Shown: positions 62,965-64,000 of the stretch, one piece after another
How positions within the stretch are numbered: position 1 is the first letter of the stretch
Layout of the letters: each line of letters opens with the position of its first letter
NCBI GenBank assembly: GCA_947489605.1
Contig: CANLEG010000001.1
Coordinates: 2,071-66,070, forward strand
Source of the DNA: Actinomycetota bacterium
Lineage (GTDB): Bacteria; Actinomycetota; Actinomycetes; Nanopelagicales; Nanopelagicaceae
Length of the DNA stretch: 64,000 nucleotides
Direction: 5' to 3'
The notes under the pieces: generated by a model
What the model was told of the DNA's origin: nothing
The model's input: the letters and a program-made list of their open reading frames with translations, nothing else
The model's database searches: none
Translations under genes and position numbers: made by a program

Positions 62965-64000
62965 GTATCTTGACAGCGCTACAGCTGCTTCCCTTAATCG
63001 GAGCCCTGGTTGTTGGAATTTTGCCAGCAAGCAATGCCAAGCTGGTTAAGCAAGTGGCTCTCGGCTTCTCCTTATTAGTGACGCTCGTTTCAATCGTGAT
63101 GGCAATTAGTTTTGATCGCGGCAATAGCGCCCTGCAATTCACTGAAGTCCGCACTTGGATCTCTGCATTCAATATTAATTATGCTGTTGGCGTTGATGGA
63201 ATGGCACTTGTGCTTATCTTGATGACAACAATTTTGGTCCCAATCGTCTTTCTTGCAGGTTGGAACGAATCCGAAAATGGCCGTTGGAATGTAAAGGTTT
63301 TCTATATCCTGTTATTGATTCTAGAAACTATGATGATCGGTGTCTTCGCAGCGACAGATGTATTCCTCTTCTACGTAATTTTCGAAGCAATGCTTCTACC
63401 GGTTTACTTCCTTATCGGTGGCTATGGTTCTGGCGAACGCGCAGCAGCAGCAATGAAGTTCTTGCTTTACAGCCTCTTCGGTGGGTTGCTGATGTTGGCC
63501 TCAGTAATTGGTCTTTACATAATTTCTACCAATCAAGGTGGCGCAACTTTCGATATCGCAAGACTTTCAGAGTTAACAATTGATTCTGCTACACAGAATT
63601 GGTTATTCCTTGGCTTCTTTATCGCCTTTGCAATTAAAGCGCCGCTCTGGCCATTCCATACTTGGCTGCCAACTGCTGCTAAATCCGCAACTGCTGGAAC
63701 TTCAACGTTGCTTCTTGGTGTTCTAGATAAAGTTGGAACTTACGGAATGATCCGTTTCTGCATGAGTTTCTTCCCAGATGCAACCAAGACATTTACGCCC
63801 GCAATTATTACGCTGGCTGTAATTTCAATTCTCTATGGCGCTTTCTTAGCAATTGGGCAGAAAGATATTAACTCTCTGATTGCCTTTACATCGATTTCGC
63901 ACTTTGGATTTATAACACTTGGAATTTTTGCACTTACATCACAGAGTTTAACTGGCGCTATTTTCTATATGGTTAATCATGGCTTTTCAACTGCAGCGCT
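62961..64000 (+). CDS. nuoM: NADH-quinone oxidoreductase subunit M (3' truncated by the window)
   Basis: Absent from the ORF track; translated by hand from ATG 62961 ([11 protein letters not shown]...GVDG...[15 protein letters not shown]...[12 protein letters not shown]); ATGA overlap with nuoL. Confidence 0.95.
   Translation, partial: MSILTALQLLPLIGALVVGILPASNAKLVKQVALGFSLLVTLVSIVMAISFDRGNSALQFTEVRTWISAFNINYAVGVDGMALVLILMTTILVPIVFLAGWNESENGRWNVKVFYILLLILETMMIGVFAATDVFLFYVIFEAMLLPVYFLIGGYGSGERAAAAMKFLLYSLFGGLLMLASVIGLYIISTNQGGATFDIARLSELTIDSATQNWLFLGFFIAFAIKAPLWPFHTWLPTAAKSATAGTSTLLLGVLDKVGTYGMIRFCMSFFPDATKTFTPAIITLAVISILYGAFLAIGQKDINSLIAFTSISHFGFITLGIFALTSQSLTGAIFYMVNHGFSTAA

Noticed and set aside
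658-63583. Numerous 60-180 aa antisense and alternate-frame ORFs in the ORF track
   Set aside because: They are shadows of well-supported genes and have no motifs or start signals.
1-64000. Mobile elements, prophage, defence systems, CRISPR arrays, tRNA/rRNA
   Set aside because: None seen; no intergenic gap exceeds ~200 bp and composition looks uniform by eye.

Overview
Core-genome window from a streamlined, low-GC (roughly low-40s %, judged by eye) freshwater actinobacterium. Gene content and order point to the acI lineage (Ca. Nanopelagicales); this assignment is an inference. Coding density is near 100%. In order, the window holds: TPR protein, TrmH methylase, EamA, dacB, ctaB, metZ, an ABC exporter pair, NlpC/P60, tilS-hpt-ftsH-folEPBK-panC-nadBC-coaX-lysS-argA-clpC, and radA. 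A phototrophy module follows: a DTE actinorhodopsin with antenna-type Gly, a small 3-TM orphan, heterodimeric lycopene cyclase and blh. Next come a Cys-rich protein, proC, two secreted beta-propeller proteins (one a 790-aa HExxH metalloprotease-FN3-propeller fusion), an XPB helicase module, cytochrome c maturation system II, menaquinone genes, bioY and nuoA-M (M truncated). I saw no mobile elements, rRNA, tRNA or CRISPR. Best leads: a three-hairpin leader on the rhodopsin mRNA, the orphan membrane gene in the rhodopsin module, an RBS-sequestering hairpin before panC, a shared intergenic 12-mer, pervasive leaderless back-to-back promoters, and absence of the hem/rex block from its usual locus.
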